DNA of 64,000 nucleotides from Escherichia phage vB_EcoM_UP17, in sequence record LR746137; one strand, 5' to 3'. A model generated the notes under the pieces. That model searched no databases, was not told the origin of the DNA, and saw only the letters and a program-made list of their open reading frames with translations. Made by a program: the position numbers and the translations under genes. Of this stretch, positions 39,137 through 47,856 are shown in pieces. The first letter of the stretch is position 1. Each line of letters starts with the position of its first letter.

Positions 39137-39313
39137 ATGTCTGAATTCTTCACAATGGCTTTCTTAGGGATCTATCTGATTATTAGTGCTGTTGGCTTAA
39201 TCATGTCTCTAATAGAGGAAATGGGAATTAAGTGGAATTGTGCATTCGGTATAGCTCTTATGCTCACTCCAGTTTGGATTTACATTTGCAAATCGGTTGA
39301 ACTAATTGGTTAA
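39137..39313 (+). CDS. Small membrane protein
   Basis: 58 aa, two hydrophobic helices; ATG 39137 preferred over track TTG. Confidence 0.45.
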   Translation: MSEFFTMAFLGIYLIISAVGLIMSLIEEMGIKWNCAFGIALMLTPVWIYICKSVELIG

Positions 39314-39323
39314 TGGAGGTAAT

Positions 39324-39662
39324 ATGTTTAGTAAAGAAATGAGAGAGGTAATCGCTACTCTGGTAGTTGATCATGGTGTTGAAGTTGAGCGTCACGTTTG
39401 GAAAGATGAGCCTCCTTTCTTTGATTTGGCATCACGGGCTAAAAGTCACATGTATCTCCTTGAAGATGATAAGGATTTTATTCTGCGTATGCGTTATGAT
39501 CGAGAGTTTAGAATTCCTCTTGACACAGATCCTGGTGATGTAGTATTGTGGTTGGCAGAGCATTTCGCATTTAACGCTCTACATGGAAGAAGTTTTGGTA
39601 ATGAACGTTGGGATACCATTTGTCGTAAACATAATATTGAACCAGAATACGGGAGTATGTAA
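39324..39662 (+). CDS. Hypothetical protein
   Basis: ATG 39324 after GGAGG. Confidence 0.5.
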   Translation: MFSKEMREVIATLVVDHGVEVERHVWKDEPPFFDLASRAKSHMYLLEDDKDFILRMRYDREFRIPLDTDPGDVVLWLAEHFAFNALHGRSFGNERWDTICRKHNIEPEYGSM

Positions 39663-39913
39663 TGTTAAGCGTTAAGCCTAAGATGATCAGTGAAGACCAG
39701 AAAGATTTCATTTACAAGTGTGGACGAATCTGGAGAGAGTATACCAAGGGTAACGAGGTCGTGGTGGTTACTGAACACCAGATTGAAATCTCTGATCTTT
39801 TCGGTGATTATTTGCAAGTGATCAAATTAGGCATTGACAGAGGTTTGGTGCAGGTGTTAACATTATCCCAAGTTGAAGCAGAACACTTAGACAAAATCAT
39901 TGTCGAGTTCTAA
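39662..39913 (+). CDS. Hypothetical protein
   Basis: 83 aa, TAATG overlap. Confidence 0.5.
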   Translation: MLSVKPKMISEDQKDFIYKCGRIWREYTKGNEVVVVTEHQIEISDLFGDYLQVIKLGIDRGLVQVLTLSQVEAEHLDKIIVEF

Positions 39914-39926
39914 GAGGAGAAAGAAT

Positions 39927-40091
39927 ATGATCTCTTTAGAATCAATAGCTTTTAAGAAAGGGTATACCGCAGGGTTCAAGTTTGGTATGTTTAATAAAGT
40001 AAATCCATATTGTCCAAAGACACACAAAAAGGAATTCGAAGAATGGGAAGATGGATTTTCTAAAGGCTACCAGGCAAAGGGTTGGTTGTAA
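39927..40091 (+). CDS. Hypothetical small protein
   Basis: ATG 39927 after AGAGGAG. Confidence 0.45.
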   Translation: MISLESIAFKKGYTAGFKFGMFNKVNPYCPKTHKKEFEEWEDGFSKGYQAKGWL

Positions 40092-40100
40092 GGAGAGAAT

Positions 40101-40265
40101 ATGATTTTAAACTTCATCATCAATTTGTGTTTGACATTGGGACTACTTTGTGCAATAGTATCCCCTCTGGTTGGTGAATATTGTTCAGAACTGGCGATGT
40201 TTATAGTTCTTGGTGCGGCTATTGCTAATATGTTTGTCGCTGCGATTTGTATGTTGTGGGAATAG
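40101..40265 (+). CDS. Small membrane peptide (54 aa), not in ORF track
   Basis: ATG 40101 after AGGAGAG, hydrophobic throughout. Confidence 0.4.
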   Translation: MILNFIINLCLTLGLLCAIVSPLVGEYCSELAMFIVLGAAIANMFVAAICMLWE

Positions 40266-40276
40266 GAGGGAAGTTT

Positions 40277-40633
40277 ATGAAAAAATTAATCTTAGCCACA
40301 TTGCTGGCTACCGTAAGCTTCACCACTTACGCTCAAAAATTTGTAGCAGTTAAAACGGATATTGGTAAAGATGTTGTGATCACAGGCAACAAATTTTACT
40401 ATACACCTGGAAATGGTGTTCTGGAAGAGTGCCAAGATGTTGAGGCATATACAGGAAAAGAAGATAACACGGAACGTCCTTTTTATTCGATTATAGCTAC
40501 TTGCAAAAATGAAATAGTAGCTATTAAACAATACAAAGATGCTCCTGGAGGAGAGTACTTATTAGTCAAGAATATTAAGAGTGAAAAAACTGCAAAGTTT
40601 ACAGTAATTATTTTAAAAGGAGAAACGTTCTAA
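40277..40633 (+). CDS. Secreted protein
   Basis: ATG 40277 after GGAGGG, signal peptide MKKLILATLLATVSFTTYA. Confidence 0.5.
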   Translation: MKKLILATLLATVSFTTYAQKFVAVKTDIGKDVVITGNKFYYTPGNGVLEECQDVEAYTGKEDNTERPFYSIIATCKNEIVAIKQYKDAPGGEYLLVKNIKSEKTAKFTVIILKGETF

Positions 40634-41772
40634 TGAAATACACTATTTTTGGAGATGTAGCTGTTGTAAATAAGGAATATGGCGTTGAAGCTAATAAACT
40701 TCCTGCTGGAGTTTGGGTTGTCAACTGCGATCCGCACGGTAACTACTCTTTAGTGCGTGGCGAAAGTTTCTCTCTTCCGAACACTCTTTATGGGGAAACT
40801 AAAGACCGCGCCGCACATGTTATTAAAACATTTGCTCGTCGTAGTAAAGAAGGTAAAAATACCGGGGTGTTACTGACAGGGACAAAGGGCAGTGGTAAGA
40901 CGATGTTAGCTAAACTGATTAGCATGTCCCTAATGTCCACAGAAGGTTTAGGTATTCCAACCATTTTGGTGACACAGCCTTACACAGATGCTGGATTCTT
41001 AGAATTTATGAGTAAAATTACAGATCGTGCTGTTGTTTTATTTGACGAGTTTGATAAAGTGTACGCTAAGAAAGAAGATCAGGAAGCACTGTTGACCTTG
41101 TTGGATGGAACAGGAAGTGGAAATAAACTTTACATCCTCACTAAAAATAGTGGCTATATCTCGGAATATTTTGTAAACCGTCCTAGTCGTATCTACTACA
41201 GTTTCAATTACGATAAACTGTCTAGTGAAACTATGTTAGATTACTTGGATAAGAACTTGGTAAATAAAAAGCACGTAGATAACTTCCAACGTTTATGGGA
41301 TGTTAGCACAGAGTTGTCTTTCGATGTTATTCAAGGCATTGTAGAAGAATTGAATTTCTATCCAAAAATGACTTTTAAAGAATGTCTTGAAATGATGGGT
41401 ATTTCTTTAGGGAACGATGCTAAATGGAATGTGGCTTCTATCGTAGCTAATGGCAAAACCTTGAAGGTGAATTGGATCAATAACTGGCACGACTTCACCC
41501 CTACTAAGTTTTTGTCGGGTGCTTGTTCCCTGAACATCTATCTACAAAGTTTGAAAGATGATGAAGTGGAAGCAATGGAAACCAACAGTTATGTTATCCT
41601 GGATGAAGATGGTGATCCACATATTGATCTATGTGCAACGGCTGATGGTCTAACTTGTGATCTGATTGAAGGTGGTAAGATTCTGGTTATGAGCACTACA
41701 CCAGGAAACACTCTGCGAGTGGTGCTGGAGCCTGTAACACAACGTTCCACCACACTGGGTAGCGTGTTCTAA
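40633..41772 (+). CDS. P-loop ATPase (AAA+-like)
   Basis: Walker A GTKGSGKT, Walker B VVLFDEFD. Confidence 0.5.
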   Translation: MKYTIFGDVAVVNKEYGVEANKLPAGVWVVNCDPHGNYSLVRGESFSLPNTLYGETKDRAAHVIKTFARRSKEGKNTGVLLTGTKGSGKTMLAKLISMSLMSTEGLGIPTILVTQPYTDAGFLEFMSKITDRAVVLFDEFDKVYAKKEDQEALLTLLDGTGSGNKLYILTKNSGYISEYFVNRPSRIYYSFNYDKLSSETMLDYLDKNLVNKKHVDNFQRLWDVSTELSFDVIQGIVEELNFYPKMTFKECLEMMGISLGNDAKWNVASIVANGKTLKVNWINNWHDFTPTKFLSGACSLNIYLQSLKDDEVEAMETNSYVILDEDGDPHIDLCATADGLTCDLIEGGKILVMSTTPGNTLRVVLEPVTQRSTTLGSVF

Positions 41773-41788
41773 TAAGGCTCCCTTATTA

Positions 41789-41811
41789 AACCCGCTTCGG
41801 CGGGTTTTGTT
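41789..41811 (+). terminator. Rho-independent terminator
   Basis: AACCCGC-TTCG-GCGGGTT then TTTGTT. Confidence 0.55.
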
Positions 41812-41851
41812 ATATTGACTTCAGACTTATAGGGAGAGAGGATAGATATAG

Positions 41852-43054
41852 ATGGCGAAGACGTTAGAACAGTATATAGGAGAATGTAAACCAATAGCGG
41901 AAGCTAAAGGATATGAGATTATAGGGATTGTAGAGCCATTTAAAGGTGTGCACACGAAGATGATCAACTTCTGCCCTAATCATGGGGAGTGGAGAACATC
42001 CACATTTGCCAATTTTAAACGTGGTAAGTCTGGTTGCCCTAGGTGCAAAAATGAGAAAGCAAGACAAGACAACAGTAAAAACCTAGATTATTACCTTTCG
42101 GAATGTAAGCCTATTGCTGAAGCTAAGGGAATCGAGATTTTAGGCATTAATGGAGAGTTTATAGGTGTACATACAAAGATGATCAACCTTTGTCCTGAGC
42201 ACGGGGAATGGCGAACATTAACATTTCATAATCTTAAGGGTGGTAGTGGTTGTCCTAAATGCGGTAACAAAAGATCTAGGAATTCTAAAATACTTCCAGA
42301 CGATCAGCACATACAAGACTTCATTAATACAGGAAAGTTTAAAGAGGGTACAATCTTCACTAAAACAGATAAAAAACGAGGCCGCGATTCTTTATGGTGT
42401 GTAGAGTGTCCTGCCTGCTCTCACGATGAGTATGTGCAAGCTGGGGTGTGTGATGGTAAGTTTTATGTCGCAGGGAATGACCTTAAACAAGGGAAGATTC
42501 CTTGCCGTTGTGCAACTAACTGTCATTACACAGAAGCACAGATTACCTATAGGGTAAAAAAGGCAGTAGAAAGGAAAGGGTATATCTGGGTAGGTTGGAT
42601 CGGGAAACCGTCTGTAAGATTAGGTAAGTTTAAATATGGATGTAAGAAACATGGGGTACAAATAGGACGTGCCAGTGGTTTGTTAAATCATGGCACTGGT
42701 TGTCCGCAATGTGCTAACCAGACACAACAACAATGTTACATTAACCACATTCATGATGAACAAGGTATTCTCTGTGCTTTGAAATTTGGAATTGCCAATA
42801 ATAGTGATCGCCGTATCAAAAAACAAAATAGTCGTAATGTGTTTACTATGAAACAGGTCCAAGTGTGGCACTTCCCTACTGTGAAGCAATGCAAAGATGC
42901 AGAAAAGCGTTGTAAGCGTGTCCTTCACACGGAAGCAGTGAGCAAATATTCTATGCCAGATGGCTACACAGAGACAGTGGAGTTATCTTGCATGGCATCA
43001 ATACAAAATATTTATAAACTTTATGGTGGAACATTACAGGAGGAAACATGTTAG
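41852..43054 (+). CDS. Zn-ribbon repeat protein, possible nuclease-like C-terminal domain
   Basis: Duplicated HTKMINxCPxHGEWRTxTF...GCPxC module; C-terminal ALKFGIANNSDRR. Confidence 0.4.
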   Translation: MAKTLEQYIGECKPIAEAKGYEIIGIVEPFKGVHTKMINFCPNHGEWRTSTFANFKRGKSGCPRCKNEKARQDNSKNLDYYLSECKPIAEAKGIEILGINGEFIGVHTKMINLCPEHGEWRTLTFHNLKGGSGCPKCGNKRSRNSKILPDDQHIQDFINTGKFKEGTIFTKTDKKRGRDSLWCVECPACSHDEYVQAGVCDGKFYVAGNDLKQGKIPCRCATNCHYTEAQITYRVKKAVERKGYIWVGWIGKPSVRLGKFKYGCKKHGVQIGRASGLLNHGTGCPQCANQTQQQCYINHIHDEQGILCALKFGIANNSDRRIKKQNSRNVFTMKQVQVWHFPTVKQCKDAEKRCKRVLHTEAVSKYSMPDGYTETVELSCMASIQNIYKLYGGTLQEETC

Positions 43055-43413
43055 TTGACGTTCAAATTATGCGCAACGAAAGAATGGACTTCTTTGAAGC
43101 AGTAGAGAAACATCTGATCCGATGGGACTATGAATTTGTTCCTGCTGGATGTGGACCAGTAGAGCATTTAGCGGAAGACGACGATGTATACATGATCATT
43201 CGTCAAGTGTACCAGACAGACCAGTGTGAAGAAACTCCCGAACTGATTTTGTTTGAGTGTAAAGATCTTGCAAAATATTTTGACTATGGCGGAAAAGAGG
43301 GTCATAATCTCTCCAGATACAATAAACGTCTACTTATCTTAGACTACATGCGGAACAACAAACACAAACTCATCGACGCAGACGCAGTTTATGGCTACTG
43401 GTGGATGGACTAA
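43048..43413 (+). CDS. Hypothetical protein
   Basis: 121 aa ORF. Confidence 0.5.
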   Translation: MLVDVQIMRNERMDFFEAVEKHLIRWDYEFVPAGCGPVEHLAEDDDVYMIIRQVYQTDQCEETPELILFECKDLAKYFDYGGKEGHNLSRYNKRLLILDYMRNNKHKLIDADAVYGYWWMD

Positions 43414-43426
43414 CAAAGGAGAAACT

Positions 43427-43606
43427 ATGGCACGTTTAGCAGATCATGAAATCTTTAAACCTATTCTGAACCACTATGATGAACTTAAAGCAGTGTTGGA
43501 TTGTTATAGAGAGGATGAAGAACGTTTGGAAGTCAATCTTAAGATAGTTCTGATGAAAGCTTTTCAAGACGGGCAAGCTAAAGTTTTAGAAGGCATGAAA
43601 AAATGA
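43427..43606 (+). CDS. Hypothetical small protein
   Basis: ATG 43427 after AAGGAG. Confidence 0.45.
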   Translation: MARLADHEIFKPILNHYDELKAVLDCYREDEERLEVNLKIVLMKAFQDGQAKVLEGMKK

Positions 43607-44145
43607 GAATAACTGATGAATATGTATTCTTCTTTTCACATAAAGATGTGTTTAGTAATTGGTATATTGCACCCTTTACAGAAACTGAACCAGGTTACAA
43701 TGAGACTTTCTGTTGTGTTGAGCAATATATGATGTGGCGTAAGGCTTTGCTGTTCAAGGATCATGCGATTGCAGCAGCTATCCTTGATCACTCAACTATA
43801 CGTGACAACGAGAGGAAACAAGCATACTACAAACGTATGGGTCGAGCGGTATCTGGTTTTAATAATGATATGTGGGAAGAGAACCGTGAGCGTATTGTTA
43901 TGCGAGGCTTATGCTTGAAATATGTACAGAATCCAGATTTGTATGCAGACTTACACCTTTACCAATACAAAACGTTTGTTGAAGCAAGCCCCTACGATAA
44001 GGTTTACGGAATTGGAATGGGGATGTATGAACCAGGGGTGCTAAACCCTGCTACCTGGAAAGGGCAGAATCTTTTAGGCAAATATCATAATAAACTGATC
44101 GAAATACTTTTCCCAGACAAAATACCGCAAAGACGATATTTGTGA
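43603..44145 (+). CDS. NADAR / YbiA-like domain protein
   Basis: VFFFSHKDVFSNWY...CCVEQYMMWRKALLF. Confidence 0.5.
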   Translation: MRITDEYVFFFSHKDVFSNWYIAPFTETEPGYNETFCCVEQYMMWRKALLFKDHAIAAAILDHSTIRDNERKQAYYKRMGRAVSGFNNDMWEENRERIVMRGLCLKYVQNPDLYADLHLYQYKTFVEASPYDKVYGIGMGMYEPGVLNPATWKGQNLLGKYHNKLIEILFPDKIPQRRYL

Positions 44146-44200
44146 TATTTTAACTTTTTTCATTTTTAGAACAAAGGTGTCACTTTGTAGCACAGAAATA

Positions 44201-44235
44201 AGGCTCCTACAGCACCGTAGAGAGCCTGTTATTTT
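44201..44235 (+). terminator. Rho-independent terminator after NADAR gene
   Basis: AGGCTCCTAC...GTAGAGAGCCT stem-loop then GTTATTTT. Confidence 0.45.
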
Positions 44236-44390
44236 GTCCTATACAAACCCTTGTCTTTTTCAGTTTGCATCACTAGGATTCGATCTGAGTGGGTTCCTGA
44301 AGGTCTGCCAATAAGATTAAAGGTTATCTCAAATTCCCACTACCTATTATCTCAAAAATCCCTCAAATTATTTAAACTTTTTAAGAATTT

Positions 44391-44565
44391 ACAAAAGTGA
44401 AAGTTGAAAACCAAAATTTAAAGTTTAGGAAAATTATCTTAAAATGTTAGATACAAAACAAAACTCAAAAGTCAAGGAAAATTTTAAAAATTTTGCGCGC
44501 CCACAGTATTTAAAGTTTTTTTGCTTTTACAAAAATGAAAGTACAAAAGCAAAATTTAAAGTTTA
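44391..44565. repeat. Two AT-rich ~37 bp direct repeats 138 bp apart
   Basis: ACAAAAGTGAAAGTTGAAAACCAAAATTTAAAGTTTA vs ACAAAAATGAAAGTACAAAAGCAAAATTTAAAGTTTA. Confidence 0.5.
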
Positions 44566-44613
44566 CAAAAATTTTTATGCAGGTGAAAATGAGAAGAGTT
44601 CTCATATGGAAAT

Positions 44614-44635
44614 GCAAATGATAATGATTCGCATT
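44614..44635. promoter_or_regulatory. Fur-box-like motif 1
   Basis: GCAAATGATAATGATTCGCAT, 14/19 to GATAATGATAATCATTATC. Confidence 0.35.
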
Positions 44636-44670
44636 TAAGTTTATAAATGAGATTGATTCTTATTTAATAA

Positions 44671-44693
44671 GGTAAATGATAATCATTCTCATT
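44671..44693. promoter_or_regulatory. Fur-box-like motif 2
   Basis: GGTAAATGATAATCATTCTCATT, 16/19 to Fur consensus; 14-mer identical to motif 3. Confidence 0.4.
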
Positions 44694-44923
44694 TAGAGAA
44701 TGACGCGCAGGGGCGGTGTTTGTCTCGCGCTCCCGTGTCCCCTCGCCATGTAATAAGAATAACAGATCCAGCCAGGAAAGCAAGCGATTATTTTATCTTT
44801 ACATTTCTTTACAAATATATAGCGCCCAGCCTACCGGCGATCAACCTTCCAACCAGTGCCCCCCTGGTATGTTAGCCCCGCCTTTACGCCGTGGGGTGGC
44901 GCTTCCTCTTCTGTATGTAAAAC

Positions 44924-44952
44924 AGTATAAGCCCGATCCCTGGGCTTGTCAA
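44924..44952 (-). promoter_or_regulatory. Near-consensus promoter abutting stop of 88-aa gene
   Basis: Minus strand TTGACA, 17 nt spacer, TATACT; no ORF with SD in the downstream ~250 nt. Confidence 0.4.
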
Positions 44953-44954
44953 GA

Positions 44955-45221
44955 TTATTTTTTGTTTTCTTGCCAGGATAGGACACCTAACCAAAAATAC
45001 ATATCGCCCCGCGCCCCTGGTGGTATCTTGCTTTCCCCGCCGCCACTGCAAGCCCATAGATAACCATTTGCGAACGTATCAAAATGATCTATCTCTTCCA
45101 CCTTATGATCGCCCAGGTTGAGAACGGTTTCAACCTTTAAGCCCGTTGCGCTTGCTACCTGGTGCACCGTGCCGCCTTGCCAGCCCAATGAGTGCATAAG
45201 GTGTAATGTAGTATTTGTCAT
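44955..45221 (-). CDS. Hypothetical protein in GC-rich island
   Basis: 88 aa non-repetitive ORF, own promoter, opposite strand to surrounding genes. Confidence 0.35.
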   Translation of the reverse strand: MTNTTLHLMHSLGWQGGTVHQVASATGLKVETVLNLGDHKVEEIDHFDTFANGYLWACSGGGESKIPPGARGDMYFWLGVLSWQENKK

Positions 45222-45268
45222 GGTATCGCCCTTTCTTTGATGTGCGCCCTGGTTGGCGCGGTAGAAAG

Positions 45269-45297
45269 ATGATAGCCCTTTCTTTTATATATAGCAA
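45269..45297 (-). promoter_or_regulatory. Promoter for 88-aa island gene
   Basis: Minus strand TTGCTA, 17 nt spacer, TATCAT. Confidence 0.4.
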
Positions 45298-45330
45298 GTA
45301 AAAAGAAAATAAAAAAGATTGAAAAAGTGA

Positions 45331-45389
45331 TTGACGTTCGCCAGGTGGCGGCATAATATTTACCACGTAGGGCGGCAATGGTGCCGCTC
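45331..45389 (+). promoter_or_regulatory. Promoter-hairpin unit
   Basis: TTGACG-17-TAATAT, then 10 nt, then hairpin GGGCGGCA-ATGG-TGCCGCTC (45370-45389). Confidence 0.55.
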
Positions 45390-45408
45390 ATTATTTGGAG
45401 TTAAAATC

Positions 45409-45606
45409 ATGGCAACATTGCACATTGTGGCGAAAGCTGGACAAATAAACGTGGTAGTAAACGGTTTTACTGAGTTCAGTCATCCCCAGGATGATCATGA
45501 AACGGTTTTATCTTTCATTGATTCACTGTTAGAAATGGGAGTAATTACAGAAGACCAGCACGCTACAAAATGCAAACGCGTTAATCAGATTGCAGGAATA
45601 GAATAA
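45409..45606 (+). CDS. Early small protein
   Basis: ATG 45409 after GGAG; track start 45331 is TTG inside -35. Confidence 0.5.
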   Translation: MATLHIVAKAGQINVVVNGFTEFSHPQDDHETVLSFIDSLLEMGVITEDQHATKCKRVNQIAGIE

Positions 45607-45612
45607 AAAGTA

Positions 45613-45675
45613 TTGACAACAACCAACAACCTGATAAGATGTATCACATAGGGCGGCGGAATGGTCCAGCCGCTC
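45613..45675 (+). promoter_or_regulatory. Promoter-hairpin unit
   Basis: TTGACA-16-TAAGAT, hairpin 45651-45675 with AATGGT loop. Confidence 0.5.
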
Positions 45676-45698
45676 ACAACAGAAGAGAGATTATAATC

Positions 45699-45971
45699 AT
45701 GGCATCATATAGCGCAACAATGATCGTAGCTGGCACCACTGGTAAACCTATGAGCGGTGGCGGATCTTTCGCAAATATCAACATCGACGGGCGTTTATCC
45801 CTGGACGCAGCGATCACCGTGGCGCGGGAAACATTTAAGAAAGAATGTAAATTCAATAAACAAGATTATCTCGGTTTTGCTATTGAAAAAACCGCGCGCT
45901 TTGTTGATTATAAAAGCCCGAAAATGGTTGATACTACACTAAAAGCGCAAGATGTAGCATTTTTGCTTTAA
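45699..45971 (+). CDS. Early small protein
   Basis: ATG 45699 downstream of hairpin. Confidence 0.5.
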   Translation: MASYSATMIVAGTTGKPMSGGGSFANINIDGRLSLDAAITVARETFKKECKFNKQDYLGFAIEKTARFVDYKSPKMVDTTLKAQDVAFLL

Positions 45972-45974
45972 GGT

Positions 45975-46030
45975 TTGACATTAGCGAATAATTTACTAAT
46001 ATGTTGCATAAGGCGGGAATAGTTCCCGCT
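45975..46030 (+). promoter_or_regulatory. Promoter-hairpin unit
   Basis: TTGACA-16-TAATAT, hairpin GCGGGAA-TAG-TTCCCGC. Confidence 0.5.
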
Positions 46031-46047
46031 ATTTGTAAGGTGGTAGA

Positions 46048-46305
46048 ATGTTTTACATCAAATTAAAAGGTCACGTGATCGCGTTCAAAGATAACGCTTT
46101 TTACAGATTAGCAAAATATGCGTTAATACATCCCCACTATGTTTATATAAGGGGGCGTGATGAAATAAATATCTTTGATCAAACAACATGCGAGAACATC
46201 GAGATCCGCAAGGTTGGCGTACGTGATTATCGTACATCTTTCTACCCTTGCAAAGATTCCGCAAGTCTTTTTAAAGTATGCCAATTGTTGAAAAAAGGTG
46301 GTTAA
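46048..46305 (+). CDS. Early small protein
   Basis: 85 aa, SD AAGGTGG. Confidence 0.5.
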   Translation: MFYIKLKGHVIAFKDNAFYRLAKYALIHPHYVYIRGRDEINIFDQTTCENIEIRKVGVRDYRTSFYPCKDSASLFKVCQLLKKGG

Positions 46306-46306
46306 T

Positions 46307-46864
46307 ATGGGCCGCGAATATGTGATCCAGTCTTGGGTAAAACATGAAGCAGATGATCCGCGCATCATTCCCGATCATCTTATCGATGAATCCACGGGGT
46401 ATAGCGGTGAGCAAATAGGTAACAGATTAGCACGTAGTAACGGCAACGTAAAAGCGCGTTATTTGCGCCCTGGCTGGCTGGCAAATGGTAACGCTGATTT
46501 ATCCAGTGCGGAAGATGCGAGCGACGGCGCGAAAGATAATCCTTTGTACAAAGTTGATCCGGCTTTTCGTGTCCTGGATGAATACCCCAGCAAGATAGCG
46601 GCGCTTGATGAAGCACTGGAAAGTAAGCGCATCACCTGGACCGCTTACAACATGGCAAAAAACGTACTTGATGGTAAATTGATTCAAGCCGAAAGAAAAT
46701 TAGCCAAAATTGCAGCCATAGCCCAGGAGGAAGACGAGGAGACAACGGAAGAGGAAGAGTACGAAGAGATCCCGCCGTTGTTGTGTGTTGATGCTTTTCC
46801 TGATTATCAGCCGACAGAGGAAGAAAAAAGGATCGCACTAGAAAACTTTGAAAATAGTCTTTGA
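46307..46864 (+). CDS. Early protein with acidic C-terminal region
   Basis: ATG 46307 after AGGTGG; EDEETTEEEEYEE. Confidence 0.5.
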   Translation: MGREYVIQSWVKHEADDPRIIPDHLIDESTGYSGEQIGNRLARSNGNVKARYLRPGWLANGNADLSSAEDASDGAKDNPLYKVDPAFRVLDEYPSKIAALDEALESKRITWTAYNMAKNVLDGKLIQAERKLAKIAAIAQEEDEETTEEEEYEEIPPLLCVDAFPDYQPTEEEKRIALENFENSL

Positions 46865-46919
46865 CATATCGCCGCCACTAGCATAATATTTACCACGTAG
46901 GGCGGCAATGGTGCCGCTC
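46861..46919 (+). promoter_or_regulatory. Promoter-hairpin unit
   Basis: TTGACA overlapping upstream stop, 17 nt, TAATAT, hairpin 46900-46919. Confidence 0.5.
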
Positions 46920-46946
46920 ATAGTGAAATTATACAAGAGGCTTACA

Positions 46947-47042
46947 ATGATTAATAAAGAAAATAGCTTGACGGTTGGAACGATTAACGCTATCATTCTA
47001 GCCGTTCCATTTTGGATTGTAGTGGCGGTTATTATTTTCTAA
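46947..47042 (+). CDS. Hydrophobic micro-peptide (31 aa), not in ORF track
   Basis: ATG after AAGAGG; MINKENSLTVGTINAIILAVPFWIVVAVIIF. Confidence 0.3.
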   Translation: MINKENSLTVGTINAIILAVPFWIVVAVIIF

Positions 47043-47051
47043 AAAATATTC

Positions 47052-47112
47052 TTGACAACGTTTTTTAATCTGATAAGATGTGTCACATAGGGCGGCGGAA
47101 TACTTCCCCGCC
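47052..47112 (+). promoter_or_regulatory. Promoter-hairpin unit
   Basis: TTGACA-16-TAAGAT, imperfect hairpin 47090-47112. Confidence 0.5.
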
Positions 47113-47133
47113 AAAACAAAAAAGGGTAACACA

Positions 47134-47496
47134 ATGAGCAAGCAAATCAATACTATCATGTTTAATCTGGTATCTTTCCGCGATGATATGAAAAATTTAC
47201 CACGTGAAACGGTTGATATTCATGTTTCAGCTTATCGCGCCCTTATTGATATGTTACCGCTAAAACGTGATCAACATGCCGCTAATATGATGCTTAATGC
47301 TATGCTTAAAAAGATGATTCAAACGGATCTTACTCTGGCGTATGAGTATCAAGGGCGCTTATATGCTACTTACAACAAAGCGGTACCTGGTCTGGGAAGT
47401 ACCGAAGAGTTGCACGGCTTAAACCTGGATCAAAACAATTGGGATAGTATGCGCCGCGTTATGGTATGGGCCGAAAGCGGTAAAATTTACGAATAA
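47134..47496 (+). CDS. Early small protein
   Basis: ATG 47134 after AAGGG; track GTG start lies in hairpin. Confidence 0.5.
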   Translation: MSKQINTIMFNLVSFRDDMKNLPRETVDIHVSAYRALIDMLPLKRDQHAANMMLNAMLKKMIQTDLTLAYEYQGRLYATYNKAVPGLGSTEELHGLNLDQNNWDSMRRVMVWAESGKIYE

Positions 47497-47502
47497 AAAC
47501 GG

Positions 47503-47559
47503 TTGACACTGTTTAAAATTCTGGTATAGTTTATCACGTAGGGCGGCAATGGTGCCGCC
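47503..47559 (+). promoter_or_regulatory. Promoter-hairpin unit
   Basis: TTGACA-16-TATAGT, hairpin 47541-47559. Confidence 0.5.
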
Positions 47560-47579
47560 AACAATAAAAGGTTAACATC

Positions 47580-47759
47580 ATGGCTATCATTGCAAAAACT
47601 GAGATTATAGGTTTAGATTCGATCCTCCTGGCTTATGAGGAAACTTTAAAAATGTATGTAGTGACCTATGGTGATTATGTGCGTGAATACGAATACATTG
47701 ATCTTGCTTTCGAATGTTACATTAGCCAGGTCAATAAAGCCTATAACGATTATCGTTAA
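47580..47759 (+). CDS. Early small protein (59 aa), not in ORF track
   Basis: ATG after AAAAGG; frame anchored to flanking track genes. Confidence 0.4.
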   Translation: MAIIAKTEIIGLDSILLAYEETLKMYVVTYGDYVREYEYIDLAFECYISQVNKAYNDYR

Positions 47760-47778
47760 AAGTTTTAGTCTTATACTA

Positions 47779-47830
47779 TTGACAATGAGTGATAGTATAA
47801 GCATAATAACTTTTATCGGGAATACTTCCC
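47779..47830 (+). promoter_or_regulatory. Promoter-hairpin unit
   Basis: TTGACA-17-CATAAT, hairpin GGGAA-TAC-TTCCC. Confidence 0.5.
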
Positions 47831-47856
47831 ACTAACCAAAAAGAGAGAGTGACACC

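Noticed and set aside
44146-44400. Possible tRNA genes in AT-rich intergenic DNA
   Set aside because: No segment showed a convincing cloverleaf with a GTTC-type T-loop and matching acceptor stem by eye; the hairpin at 44201-44227 is better explained as a terminator. A proper tRNA scan is still needed.
44444-45063. Track ORFs 44444-44638 and 44716-45063 on the plus strand
   Set aside because: The first translates an AT-rich repeat region into a K/N/F-rich peptide with no SD; the second is a Pro/Ser/Arg-rich off-frame reading of the GC-rich island whose minus-strand ORF has a promoter and looks protein-like.
45130-45378. Minus-strand track ORF 45130-45378
   Set aside because: Overlaps the better-supported 88-aa ORF and its promoter region in another frame; Pro/Gly/Arg-rich translation typical of an off-frame read of GC-rich DNA.
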